From positions 13,875 to 77,874 of the forward strand of contig JACRHD010000067.1 of assembly GCA_016234115.1 (NCBI GenBank): 64,000 bases of DNA, written 5' to 3'. The notes under the pieces were generated by a model. The model was given only the letters and a program-made list of their open reading frames with translations. It was not told the DNA's origin and did no database searches. The number at the start of each line of letters is the position of its first letter. Position 1 is the first letter of the stretch. Positions 18,235 through 27,437 of the stretch are shown one piece after another. The translations under genes and the position numbers were made by a program. Source of the DNA: Nitrospirota bacterium. Its GTDB lineage: Bacteria; Nitrospirota; Thermodesulfovibrionia; UBA6902.

Positions 18235-18615
18235 TTATTGCAAAGTTATTTCGCTGATTGAACTGACTATTTTAAGCTTGAAGGAAGTAAAATTTGACAT
18301 CAGTGTCGCTCCGATCTTGATGAAACCGGAATTAGTGACCAGCCAAACAGTATCAATTTGGTCCTTCAGTGACTTAAGCGCATTCTGCCATTTATTTCTT
18401 GCTTCGGTTTCATATCCATCCATTTCGAGGCAATCCCAAACTATGACGATCTTCTTCCCCGGTTTGGAAATAAAGGCTTCCTTCCATTTACTGATCGCCA
18501 TGAGCGCCATCTGTTCTGAAAATTTCCCTTTAAATGTAAATTTGAGACACTCTTGTCCTGATTTTTGCATCCATTCTACCCTGGGATTCACAGTATTCTC
18601 CTTTGCGCCGTTCAT
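18235..18615 (-). CDS. Hypothetical protein in an AT-rich insert
   Basis: 126-aa ORF; local GC clearly lower than flanking core genes; no family recognised. Confidence 0.35.
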   Translation of the reverse strand: MNGAKENTVNPRVEWMQKSGQECLKFTFKGKFSEQMALMAISKWKEAFISKPGKKIVIVWDCLEMDGYETEARNKWQNALKSLKDQIDTVWLVTNSGFIKIGATLMSNFTSFKLKIVSSISEITLQ

Positions 18616-18777
18616 AATTAAAGACGTTATCGGAATTAATAATAATTACTTTAGAACATAGATCGCAGCCGCTTCCTGAGTGAAACTCTCATTCGCGCCC
18701 GGAAGGGGGCCGGCAGTAAGAATAATTACATATGGACGGCTACAGATAAATAAATAAATCGAATATAATATACAACA

Positions 18778-19137
18778 ATGAAATACGGCGAAAAGGCTAT
18801 ATCTAAGGCAAAACTTGAAAAATGGCCCAATCCTTCCCCTGACAGGGATTACACCATTGATATCAGTTTTCCTGAATTTACCTGTTTGTGCCCGCGCTCG
18901 GGTTACCCCGACTTCGCCACAATTTCCGTCAGCTACACTCCCGACAAATACATTGTCGAGCTCAAGTCGCTGAAGCTCTACCTGAACAAATTCAGGAATC
19001 AGCACATATCGCATGAATCAGTGACAAACCTGATATTCGACGACCTGAGGAAACTCCTGAAGCCTCGAAGCCTCGAAGTCACCGGGGATTTCAATCCGAG
19101 AGGAAACGTTAAAACGGTGATCAGGGTATCGTTATAG
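18778..19137 (+). CDS. queF: NADPH-dependent 7-cyano-7-deazaguanine (preQ0) reductase
   Basis: '[19 protein letters not shown]' with catalytic Cys and 'ELKSLKLYL' QueF/GTP-cyclohydrolase-fold motifs; 119 aa type-I size. Confidence 0.88.
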   Translation: MKYGEKAISKAKLEKWPNPSPDRDYTIDISFPEFTCLCPRSGYPDFATISVSYTPDKYIVELKSLKLYLNKFRNQHISHESVTNLIFDDLRKLLKPRSLEVTGDFNPRGNVKTVIRVSL

Positions 19138-19158
19138 AACATAATGAGTCACGATCAA

Positions 19159-19234
19159 CGTCATTCCCGCGAAGGCGGGAATCCATTCTTCTTATTGTTA
19201 GAAATGGATTCCCGATTACTACCTCGGGAATGAC
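19159..19234. repeat. MITE-like interspersed repeat, copy 2 (cgtcattcccgcgaaggcgggaatcc ... ggattcccg...cgggaatgaca)
   Basis: Perfect 9-bp TIR gtcattccc/gggaatgac; internal palindromes; between queF and thiD ends. Confidence 0.7.
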
Positions 19235-19249
19235 AAGTCTTACGGTTGG

Positions 19250-20014
19250 CTAATAATTCAGGAGCTTCATCCCTGCGCCCAACGGGACAGCGGCTTTTAT
19301 CGCATTCCCTACAAACTCCCTGGCCCTGATAAACGACTCCCTTACATCATGTTCGAGGGCGAGACCCGCGGCGATTACGGATGCAAAGACGCATCCGGTG
19401 CCGTGGAATTCTCCCTCGATCTTCGCGCTGCCGATATGCAAATAATCATTCCCGTCAAACAGCATGTCCTCCACCTCTTCTTCCATGTGCCCGCCTGTTA
19501 TGATCACCGTCTCGCTTCCGAAGTCTCTGAGTTTCACCATGGCGTCCCTGATATCTTTTTCATCCTTTATATCCATACCCGTAAGGACGGAGGCCTCATA
19601 GATGTTAGGCGTAATGACCCTGGCAAGAGGGAACAGGAATTTTTTTACCGCGTCAAGCACGCCCTCCCGGACAAGCATCACCCCTGTGGATGACACCGTC
19701 ACCGGATCGACGACAAGGTTTCGAAGAGAGTAATTACGGATTTTGTCGGCTGTGATCTCCACGATTTCAGGCGAATAAAGCATCCCGGTCTTCAGGGCGT
19801 CAGGCCTGATATCCTTCAACAGGGTATCGAGCTGCGTCGCAAAAAAATCAGCCGGTATCTCCCTTATGCTGTAAACGCCTTCGGTATTCTGCGCGGTAAG
19901 CACAGAGGGAACGCTGAGCCCGTAAACTCCCATTGCCTTGAATGTCTTAAGATCCGCCTGCAATCCCGCGCCCCCGGTGGGGTCGGAGCCGGCTATGGTA
20001 AGCGCTGTTTTCAT
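19250..20014 (-). CDS. thiD: Hydroxymethylpyrimidine/phosphomethylpyrimidine kinase
   Basis: 'LTIAGSDPTGGAGLQADLKTF' and 'VVDPV' ThiD/PdxK ribokinase-fold motifs. Confidence 0.88.
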   Translation of the reverse strand: MKTALTIAGSDPTGGAGLQADLKTFKAMGVYGLSVPSVLTAQNTEGVYSIREIPADFFATQLDTLLKDIRPDALKTGMLYSPEIVEITADKIRNYSLRNLVVDPVTVSSTGVMLVREGVLDAVKKFLFPLARVITPNIYEASVLTGMDIKDEKDIRDAMVKLRDFGSETVIITGGHMEEEVEDMLFDGNDYLHIGSAKIEGEFHGTGCVFASVIAAGLALEHDVRESFIRAREFVGNAIKAAVPLGAGMKLLNY

Positions 20015-20696
20015 GAAAAAACTATATCAGGTTGTATATGATATTGCAATGACGAAAACGGTTCTCAAGATCAGGTCCCTCCTGAAAAAATACGCAAGGC
20101 GCGCCTTCGACCTCGGCCTGGTCTGGGGTACAAGCGGGAACGTGAGCATCAGGGCGGGAGCAGACACTTTTTTCATAACCGCCACCGGCAAAAGTCTCGG
20201 AGATATGACCGATAAGGATTTGGTCCTTTGCAGGATAGGCAGAGACCGGTCCCATAAAAAAGCCTCTATGGAATGGAGGCTCCACAGTGAAATTTACGAA
20301 AGCAGAAAAGACGCAAATGCCGTCTTTCATTCACAGCCGCCCTACAGCACTATTATCGCCTGCGCCAGAGACAAAAAAATAAAGACCGCGCTCATCCCGG
20401 AGACTATCGCTTATCTCAGGCAAATTGAGATAATTCCTTACTGCCACGCCGGCAGTGTAGAGCTTGCAAAAAAATGCGGCGAGGCCGCAAAGAGGGCCGA
20501 TGTCCTCCTTCTTGAAAATCACGGCGTAATCACAGTCGGCTCCGGCATTGAAGAGGCGGTAAATAAGACTTTGACTTTTGAGTTCCTGTGCGGGTTATCT
20601 GTATTATCAAAGGCCGCGGGTATCGAATTGAAGGCGATCAATACCCGTCAGGCGCGTGAATTCTTAAGCCTGCTGGGGGGAAAGAACAAAGCATAA
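20013..20696 (+). CDS. Class II aldolase/adducin-family protein
   Basis: 'WGTSGNVSIR' and 'HSQPPYSTIIA', 'ENHGVITVG' class II aldolase motifs; start set to ATG at 20013 overlapping the thiD start codon divergently. Confidence 0.75.
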   Translation: MKKLYQVVYDIAMTKTVLKIRSLLKKYARRAFDLGLVWGTSGNVSIRAGADTFFITATGKSLGDMTDKDLVLCRIGRDRSHKKASMEWRLHSEIYESRKDANAVFHSQPPYSTIIACARDKKIKTALIPETIAYLRQIEIIPYCHAGSVELAKKCGEAAKRADVLLLENHGVITVGSGIEEAVNKTLTFEFLCGLSVLSKAAGIELKAINTRQAREFLSLLGGKNKA

Positions 20697-20713
20697 GCCA
20701 TGACTCTGTTTTA

Positions 20714-20811
20714 CGTCATGCCCGAAGTTTTTTATCGGGCATCCAGCGCCTTTAATCTGGATTCCCGCTTAAGAACTGCCAACAGTAGGTGCTTTAGGCA
20801 CGGGAATGACG
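20714..20811. repeat. MITE-like interspersed repeat, copy 3
   Basis: cgtcatgcccgaagttttttatcgggcatccag ... ctggattcccgcttaa ... cacgggaatgacg; same architecture as copies 1 and 2. Confidence 0.7.
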
Positions 20812-20842
20812 GCAGTGGCCCAAGGCAGAGACTGAAAATACT

Positions 20843-21340
20843 ATGGAAGAGCTTCTTGATGTCGTTAATGAAAAAGGCGAGGTAATCGATACCCTTCCCC
20901 GCTCCGTTATTCACGGCAATCCGTCGCTGATGCACAGGGTCGTGCACGTCCTCGTCTTCAATATAAAGGGTGACCTTCTGCTTCAGAGACGTTCCATGAA
21001 CAAGGACGTAGCGCCGGGGAAGTGGGACACTTCGGTGGGAGGACATATTGATCACGGAGAAGAGGTGATCGAATCGGTACGCCGTGAAATGGAGGAAGAA
21101 TTAGGTGTCACAACATGCGGGCCTGAATTCCTGTACACTTACATTCACTCTAATCCTTATGAGACCGAAGTTGTGTACACACATTCATGTGTTTATGAAG
21201 GGGATGTAAGATTCAATAAAGAAGAAATCGATGAGGTTCGATTCTGGGGTATCGACGAAATCAGACACAATCTCGGCAAAGGCATCTTCAGCGACAACTT
21301 CGAGCATGAGTTCAGGACGTATATGGAGTTTCAAAAATAA
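20843..21340 (+). CDS. NUDIX hydrolase
   Basis: Nudix box 'GGHIDHGEEVIESVRREMEEELGV' (GX5EX7REUXEEXGU). Confidence 0.85.
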   Translation: MEELLDVVNEKGEVIDTLPRSVIHGNPSLMHRVVHVLVFNIKGDLLLQRRSMNKDVAPGKWDTSVGGHIDHGEEVIESVRREMEEELGVTTCGPEFLYTYIHSNPYETEVVYTHSCVYEGDVRFNKEEIDEVRFWGIDEIRHNLGKGIFSDNFEHEFRTYMEFQK

Positions 21341-21363
21341 AAGGTGTTGTTGGAGAAGTTTCC

Positions 21364-21440
21364 CCCTTTGTAAAAGGGGGATGAAGGGGGATTTTCAGAA
21401 AATCTCCCCCTAACCCCTCTTTGCCAAAGAGGGGGGAAAC
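21364..21440. terminator. Three tandem G5/C5-stem hairpins between convergent genes (ccccctttgtaaaaggggg; gggggattttcagaaaatctccccc; cccctctttgccaaagagggg)
   Basis: Directly visible inverted repeats downstream of the Nudix gene and downstream of the minus-strand 21455-21733 gene. Confidence 0.55.
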
Positions 21441-21454
21441 CCTCTGAGGCCAGG

Positions 21455-21733
21455 TTAGGCCGGTAATTTATACCCGACTCCCGCAAATTGTATGTTCGCC
21501 TCATTATCGCATCTCGGCGGAGATACAGCGTGAACGCCTCCGCATTTCGGACACTTCCCTACAAATGTTTTAAGAGTGAACGGTTCTCCGCAGCCCCGGC
21601 ATTTTGTTCTCAATTCCTTCGGCAGGGGCTGGTCTTTTATCGCCCCTCCGTGCGCATTGTAAACGAACTCTACAAGCTCTTTCCCTTCTGAAAACGGTCC
21701 CGCGCCGGAACTGCAACTTCCGCAACTTCCCAT
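21455..21733 (-). CDS. Small Cys-rich zinc-ribbon-like protein
   Basis: 92 aa with 'GSCGSCS', 'CRGCGEP', 'CPKCGG' CxxC pairs. Confidence 0.4.
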   Translation of the reverse strand: MGSCGSCSSGAGPFSEGKELVEFVYNAHGGAIKDQPLPKELRTKCRGCGEPFTLKTFVGKCPKCGGVHAVSPPRCDNEANIQFAGVGYKLPA

Positions 21734-21844
21734 ATTTACACCTCCGAATATTTTGTTATCCTTCCGGATAACCTATTATATTGATCGTCCTCAACGAAAT
21801 AGTATGACAGGCATCATACGTAGCGATCAGCTTTCAGCACTCAG

Positions 21845-22507
21845 CTAAGGCAGTATGTCTTTCCTGGCTGACCGCTGAAAGCTGAGACCTGAAGGCCGGG
21901 CAGGGCCGGGCTTAGATTCGTGAGGTGCAAGATTCAGCAGGTTCTCGTAATCCTCCATAGTATCTATATCAAGGACGACTCCCCTATCCTCTACCTCGAC
22001 GGGCCTTATCCTTTCAGGATATTTCCCTATGACGTCTCTCAGAGTACCGCCTTTATGAATGTCTTTCAATAAAATACTCGGTAAAAGGACGGGGTGCCCT
22101 TTTCTCATCTCATACCTGGGAACAAGTATCCTGTCAGGTTTCTGATGATGAAGGGACACAAGGACCTGTATGGTCGCGGAAGACGCCATCGGGTGGTCGG
22201 CGAGACTTATCAAAATCCCGGTGGAAGAGCAGTCAACACTCCGGAGACCTGTTCTCAATGATTCAGCCATATCGCTGCCGGGGACCGTGTTGAATACGAC
22301 ACGAACGGGAAGTCCGCCCACGATATTGATTAAATCCGGATTGCGCTCACCAAGCACGACGACAATATCGTCAAGCCCTGCCGACAGAAGGGCGTCGAGG
22401 CTGTGTCTTATTATTGGCTTACCCTTCAGGGGAAGGAGCTGCTTTAACTGCCCCATTCTCTTTGACGAACCCGCCGCAAGCAGGACCGCCGAAACACGCC
22501 CCTCCAT
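21845..22507 (-). CDS. mocA: MobA-like nucleotidyltransferase (molybdenum cofactor cytidylyltransferase MocA-type)
   Basis: 'LLAAGSSKRMGQLKQLLPLKGKP' MobA-like NTP-transferase N-terminus; downstream of XdhC and a Mo-hydroxylase. Confidence 0.75.
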   Translation of the reverse strand: MEGRVSAVLLAAGSSKRMGQLKQLLPLKGKPIIRHSLDALLSAGLDDIVVVLGERNPDLINIVGGLPVRVVFNTVPGSDMAESLRTGLRSVDCSSTGILISLADHPMASSATIQVLVSLHHQKPDRILVPRYEMRKGHPVLLPSILLKDIHKGGTLRDVIGKYPERIRPVEVEDRGVVLDIDTMEDYENLLNLAPHESKPGPARPSGLSFQRSARKDILP

Positions 22508-23264
22508 TTCTCCTCCTGTGCTGTATGATTTGGGCCATAATGCTTATCGCTATTTCCTCGGGTGTTACAGACCCAATGGACAGACCGACCGGCGTGATAA
22601 TCCTGTTTATCGTTTCTTCAGTCAATCCCGCGTCGCGTAATGACCTGAAAAGGAGCGCCATTTTGCGCCGGCTCCCTACCAGACCCACGTAACACGCCTC
22701 GGTCTCCAACGCCGCCTTCAAGGCATCGAGGTCATGATTGTGTCCCCTCGTTGCTATGACGATGTAAGTATTGTTATCGACGGCGCATCTCGTAATAATG
22801 CTCCCGAATTCATGGACGACAATATCGTGCGCGTGGGGTATGTTTTTCCTGTTTGCGTACTCTTCCCTGTCGTCGGAGACCGCGACGCGAAAGCCTGCAA
22901 ACCTCGCGACCGATGAAAGCGCTTTACCCACATGTCCCGCGCCTAATATCACAAGTCTCGGCTCGGAGACAACCGGTTCAATGTATATAAGTATTTTCCC
23001 TCCGCAGACGAGCCCGCCGTGTCTTTCGGTAAGCTCAAAAGGAATTGTCCGGGGAGAACCGTCCTTGATCGCCATCAGCGAGGCCTGTACCACTTCCGCC
23101 TCTATGCATCCCCCTCCCAATGTCCCGGCGATAGAACCGTCATCCCGCACAAGCATCTTGGAGCCTTCCCTCTGGGGCGCCGAGCCTGCGCACTGCACAA
23201 TCGTGGCGACGGCGCATTGCCTGCCTTCATTTTTAAGTCTCACTATCTCTTCGTAAATTTCCAT
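22419..23264 (-). CDS. xdhC: XdhC/CoxI-family molybdenum-hydroxylase maturation factor
   Basis: 'CAVATIVQCAGSAPQREGSKMLV...GGGCIEAEV' and Rossmann-like 'LVILGAGHVGKAL' XdhC motifs; Gly/Cys-rich C-terminal tail overlaps the mocA 5' end by about 89 nt. Confidence 0.75.
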   Translation of the reverse strand: MEIYEEIVRLKNEGRQCAVATIVQCAGSAPQREGSKMLVRDDGSIAGTLGGGCIEAEVVQASLMAIKDGSPRTIPFELTERHGGLVCGGKILIYIEPVVSEPRLVILGAGHVGKALSSVARFAGFRVAVSDDREEYANRKNIPHAHDIVVHEFGSIITRCAVDNNTYIVIATRGHNHDLDALKAALETEACYVGLVGSRRKMALLFRSLRDAGLTEETINRIITPVGLSIGSVTPEEIAISIMAQIIQHRRRNGGACFGGPACGGFVKENGAVKAAPSPEG

Positions 23265-23450
23265 ATATCAACTGTTCCAGCCGCTCGAACCGTTTGAACC
23301 GTTCGAGCCGTCTCCTGTATTTCGTCAATCCTTCCCGAAATCAATCCAGTTATTACTTAACATTCCTCGCTTCTCGCAACGCAGGACTCGTTTCGGGAGG
23401 GACTCCCGAAACACAAAAATCTGCGTAATCTGCGTAATGTGTGGATTAAT

Positions 23451-25589
23451 TTACACACGTATCGGCAATCTTCGTACGCGGTTACCGGTAAGCGCGAAAA
23501 CGGCATTAGCCACCGCAGGCGCGACCGGGGGCACCCCCGGCTCCCCTATCCCTCCGTGCTTCTCTTCGCTCGGCATAATATGGACCTCGATCAGCGGCAT
23601 ATGGTTCATCCTTACGAGTTTGTAGTCATTGAAATTGCCCTGCTCCACCCGTCCTTTTTTAAACGTTATTTCGCCAAAGAGCGCGGCGGAAAGCCCGAAG
23701 ACCACACCGGATTCCATCTGGGCCTCGATTATGGAGGGGTTCACAATCTTACCGCAATCTACCGCGCACACGACTTTATGCACCCGTAACCCGTCTTTTT
23801 TGTTCACCGAGACTTCAGCCACCTGGGCCACATAACTCCCGAACGATTTGTGGATTGCAATGCCGCGTCCGCGTCCTTCAGGCAACGGGTCTCTCCATCC
23901 GGCCTTTTGCGCAACGAGCTCAAGCAGCGCCCTGCGTCTCGGGTCTTTATTGAGCAGTTCTCGCCGGAACTCAAGGGGGTCTCTGCCTGCCGCGTGGGCG
24001 AGCTCGTCCATAAAAGATTCAACTACAAACGCCGTGTGAGAATGCCCGACCGAGCGCCACCACAAAACGGGTATCGGATATTCCGGAGAGTGGAGCTCAA
24101 CGAGGACATTCGGGATATCATAAGGAATATTTTTCGCCCCTTCTACGGATGTTTCGTCTATACCGTCTTCGATAAGCGCCTTTTCAAACGGCGTTCCCTT
24201 TATTATGGATTGCCCGACTATCCGGTGCCTCCATGCCGTGGGATTTCCATTTCCGTCCAGGCCCGCTTCAATCCGGTCATACCACATCGGGCGGAAATAC
24301 CCTCCACGGGTGTCATCCTCACGGGTCCACATCACCTTGACCGGCTTCCTGACCGCCTTTGCCACGTGCGCTGCCTCGGATACGAAATCCGAATATGGGT
24401 TGGCGCGGCGTCCAAACCCTCCCCCGAGAAAAGTCGTATGGAGGTTTACCTGTTCAGGCTTCAGCCCGAGTATCTCGGCCGCTGAATTTCTGTCCGCACT
24501 CTGAAACTGCGTCCCCGTCCATATGTCACACCCGTCTTCACGTAAATCGACCACCGCGTTCATGGGCTCCATCGTGGCATGCGCCAAATATGGGACTTCA
24601 TATTCCGCCTTGAGTTTTTTGACGGCCTTTGCCAGGGCCGCTCCCGGATCGCCGTCTTTCCTTGCGACAGCTCCGGTCTTTTTTGAGAGAGCGGCATACT
24701 GCTTGCGCTGTTTCATGCTGCTGAAGCCGGCAAGCGGTCCTTCGTCCCATTTAATATCAAGGGCGTTCCGCCCTGATACGGCGGACCAGAAATTGTCCGC
24801 AATAACCGCAATGCCTGACGGTATCCGTTCTATGAACTTCACACCCTGCATAGCCCTTGCTTTCTCATCGCTGATACTTTTCACCCTGCCGCCGAATACA
24901 GGCGTACGCGCGACAACGGCAGTGAGCATGCCCGGCACTTTTACATCAATGCCGAAGACAGCGCTGCCCTTTACCTTTGACGGCGTGTCAAGACGCTTCA
25001 CGGGTTTCCCGATAAGTTTATAGTCCTTTGGTTCTTTCAACGGAACGTCCTGCGGCGGGCTCAATTGCGCTGCCTTCTCCACGAGACTTCCGTAGGAAAA
25101 CTGTCTCTTTGTCTCATCATGAAAAACAAACCCGTTTTCAGCCCTGCAAGCAATGGGAGATACACCCCATATCCCCGCTGCTGCCTTGACCAGCATTACG
25201 CGAGCCGTCGCTCCAGCCCTGCGCAACTGGTCCCATGTAGTCCATGTGCTTGTGCTGCCGCCGGTCCCCTGAATACCCCATATAGTGTGATTGTACGCCG
25301 GGTCCACAGGCGCGGGTTCAATGCGTATCTTCGACCAGTCGGCCTCCATCTCATCTGCCACGACCATGGGCAGCGAAGTGTAAACGCCCTGCCCCATTTC
25401 AGATTTGTTTACAATTACAGTCACAATATCATCTGTGCCGACGCGAATAAATGCATTGGGCGCAAAATTCTGAGACGATTGACCTGAAGCCCCGTTAAAG
25501 CCGGGGATCACACCTAATATCAGCCCGCCGCCGATTAATGAGCCCGTTTTAATAAATTCCCGCCTGCTTATGTTGATTATCATGTTCAT
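23451..25589 (-). CDS. Molybdopterin-binding large subunit of a two-subunit xanthine-dehydrogenase-family Mo-hydroxylase (IorB/aldehyde oxidoreductase-like), Tat-exported
   Basis: Tat motif '[18 protein letters not shown]' after Met at 25589, whose ATG overlaps the upstream stop as ATGA; about 710 aa with aldehyde-oxidase/XDH a/b-hammerhead and Moco-domain-like regions. Confidence 0.75.
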   Translation of the reverse strand: MNMIINISRREFIKTGSLIGGGLILGVIPGFNGASGQSSQNFAPNAFIRVGTDDIVTVIVNKSEMGQGVYTSLPMVVADEMEADWSKIRIEPAPVDPAYNHTIWGIQGTGGSTSTWTTWDQLRRAGATARVMLVKAAAGIWGVSPIACRAENGFVFHDETKRQFSYGSLVEKAAQLSPPQDVPLKEPKDYKLIGKPVKRLDTPSKVKGSAVFGIDVKVPGMLTAVVARTPVFGGRVKSISDEKARAMQGVKFIERIPSGIAVIADNFWSAVSGRNALDIKWDEGPLAGFSSMKQRKQYAALSKKTGAVARKDGDPGAALAKAVKKLKAEYEVPYLAHATMEPMNAVVDLREDGCDIWTGTQFQSADRNSAAEILGLKPEQVNLHTTFLGGGFGRRANPYSDFVSEAAHVAKAVRKPVKVMWTREDDTRGGYFRPMWYDRIEAGLDGNGNPTAWRHRIVGQSIIKGTPFEKALIEDGIDETSVEGAKNIPYDIPNVLVELHSPEYPIPVLWWRSVGHSHTAFVVESFMDELAHAAGRDPLEFRRELLNKDPRRRALLELVAQKAGWRDPLPEGRGRGIAIHKSFGSYVAQVAEVSVNKKDGLRVHKVVCAVDCGKIVNPSIIEAQMESGVVFGLSAALFGEITFKKGRVEQGNFNDYKLVRMNHMPLIEVHIMPSEEKHGGIGEPGVPPVAPAVANAVFALTGNRVRRLPIRV

Positions 25590-26050
25590 GACTTCACCCC
25601 TTCCGCCATCATCTTTGAGGCGCGGTGAATGGAGCGGCGAATCCTCTGATACGTGCCGCAGCGACAAAGATTCCCGGCCATGGCAATATCAATGTCCTCA
25701 TCCGTAGGTTCGGGCTTTTCCTTCAGCAGCGCCGTCGCGGCCATTATCTGCCCCGGCTGACAGTATCCGCACTGTGGAACGTCATCATCAATCCAGGCCA
25801 TTTTGACGGGGTGATCGTCAGGAATCCCTTCGATAGTGGTAATCTCTTTCCCTAAAGCATCGCCGACAGGGGTCCGGCAAGACCTTCGCGCCTTTCCGTC
25901 TATGTGCACAGTACACGCGCCGCACTGCGCAATGCCGCAGCCATATTTCGCGCCCAGGAGGCCCAAATGTTCTCGTAAAACCCAAAGCAAGGGGATGTCG
26001 GGACTCACGTCAACTATGTGTGTCTTTCCGTTGATATGAAGTAAAATCAT
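25586..26050 (-). CDS. [2Fe-2S]-binding small subunit of Mo-hydroxylase (IorA/CoxS-like)
   Basis: Plant-type '[11 protein letters not shown]' and second cluster '[11 protein letters not shown]...CRCGTY' motifs; 154 aa. Confidence 0.88.
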   Translation of the reverse strand: MILLHINGKTHIVDVSPDIPLLWVLREHLGLLGAKYGCGIAQCGACTVHIDGKARRSCRTPVGDALGKEITTIEGIPDDHPVKMAWIDDDVPQCGYCQPGQIMAATALLKEKPEPTDEDIDIAMAGNLCRCGTYQRIRRSIHRASKMMAEGVKS

Positions 26051-26521
26051 GGCCGCCTCCTTACCCTAAAGACGTTAAACGTGTTTGATCCAATTAGTAT
26101 GCGTATATGCAGCTCGGGAAAGGAGCGGCTCGAGACGCCTCCCCCGTACTTACACATGTCAGGAGCGTTCATTATTGCGAAAATTATCTCACAAAAAAAC
26201 CGGCCTTGCAATCAGGCCCGGAAAACCAAAAGGCAGGTCATAGAAAGTCCAAAAATCAGATCCCGATGTTATGGGTGGCCCTTGTTCCCAATAACAATGA
26301 GGAACTTTTTATTGAAGTATATAATAATTTCAATAGTTGTGCTATTATTAATTTTATTAATAAATAATTCTTTTCCGACCCATAACATTCAGGTCACATT
26401 ATTGAATGTATGATCCCGACGACTGTCGAAATCTTAAACACTATAATAAATGTCAATAAATCTCTTTTATTTATCAACTACTAAAATATTTATGTGCGAA
26501 ATATTTCATAGAGGGGTTTAA

Positions 26522-27217
26522 GTGCAAAATAACAAGAATGAATTTTTGAAAAAAATTCAGATATTCTCATCATTATCAGATAATGAAATTGATAGTATCA
26601 TAAGTAATTTGGTTGTCAAGAAATATAAGAAGAACGAAATAATTCTTTATGAAGAAGACACAAGTGAATTCATGTATATCATTCTATGGGGAAAAGTAAA
26701 AGTCGTTCGAATGACGGAAGATGGAAAAGAAATAATTCTGGCAGTCCATCAGTCCGGTGAATTTTTTGGTGAAATGTCCCTCATTGACGGCAAGACAACA
26801 CCAGCATCTGTAATATCCACGGAGGATTCTCTTGTCGCAGTTATTTCAAAAAAAGATTTTTATTCTATCTTGATGGTTCAAAATAAAGTAACGATAAGTT
26901 TGTTGAAAATTTTTTGTTCCAGACTGCGAAAGTGCTGGGACACCATACAATTATTAAATTTCAATAATGCTTCCCAAAGGGTAAAAATGTTATTCCTCAT
27001 GCTGTCTGATGAATACGGAAGAAAATCGCCGGAGGGGCTGACATTAAACATTAAACTGACTCATCAGGATATCGCTGAAATGACAGGTATGACCCGTGAA
27101 ACAGTCACAAGGATTTTAGATAAATGGCAAAAAAGCGGAGATATAACTGTACTTAAAGATAAGTTTATACGTCTTAGCCAGAATTTCCTGCAAAAAGATA
27201 TTTTGTTTAAATCTTAA
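26522..27217 (+). CDS. Crp/Fnr-family transcriptional regulator
   Basis: N-terminal cNMP-binding-like beta-roll, C-terminal HTH 'THQDIAEMTGMTRETVTRIL'; first gene of the AT-rich island. Confidence 0.8.
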   Translation: MQNNKNEFLKKIQIFSSLSDNEIDSIISNLVVKKYKKNEIILYEEDTSEFMYIILWGKVKVVRMTEDGKEIILAVHQSGEFFGEMSLIDGKTTPASVISTEDSLVAVISKKDFYSILMVQNKVTISLLKIFCSRLRKCWDTIQLLNFNNASQRVKMLFLMLSDEYGRKSPEGLTLNIKLTHQDIAEMTGMTRETVTRILDKWQKSGDITVLKDKFIRLSQNFLQKDILFKS

Positions 27218-27437
27218 CCTCCGGTCTCATTCTCTTCCTTTTTTCTTCCATTTAAGGTTGTACTTAGGACTGAATTAGCTTTACCTTTCCCACCGATTGC
27301 ATATTCGCCACAGAAACTCTATTTCCGGGAAGCCGCCATAAAACAGATTTATTTCCAGTTTCGTGACTCGGGTCACAGCGTCTCTCTTAATTTTTTTTCT
27401 ATTCTAAATCAAGAATGGACGCAATAAGGAGACATAT

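Noticed and set aside
18646-19014. 122-aa minus-strand ORF overlapping queF
   Set aside because: Antisense to queF, whose catalytic-Cys motif and QueF signature are unambiguous.
20700-20885. 61-aa plus-strand ORF
   Set aside because: Entirely composed of MITE-like repeat copy 3 (also present non-coding at two other loci) plus the Nudix gene 5' region.
26081-26413. Two overlapping about 100-aa ORFs in the AT-rich spacer before the Crp/Fnr gene
   Set aside because: Low-complexity Ile/Leu/Asn-rich translations of AT-rich DNA, no RBS, overlapping each other; likely non-coding boundary sequence.
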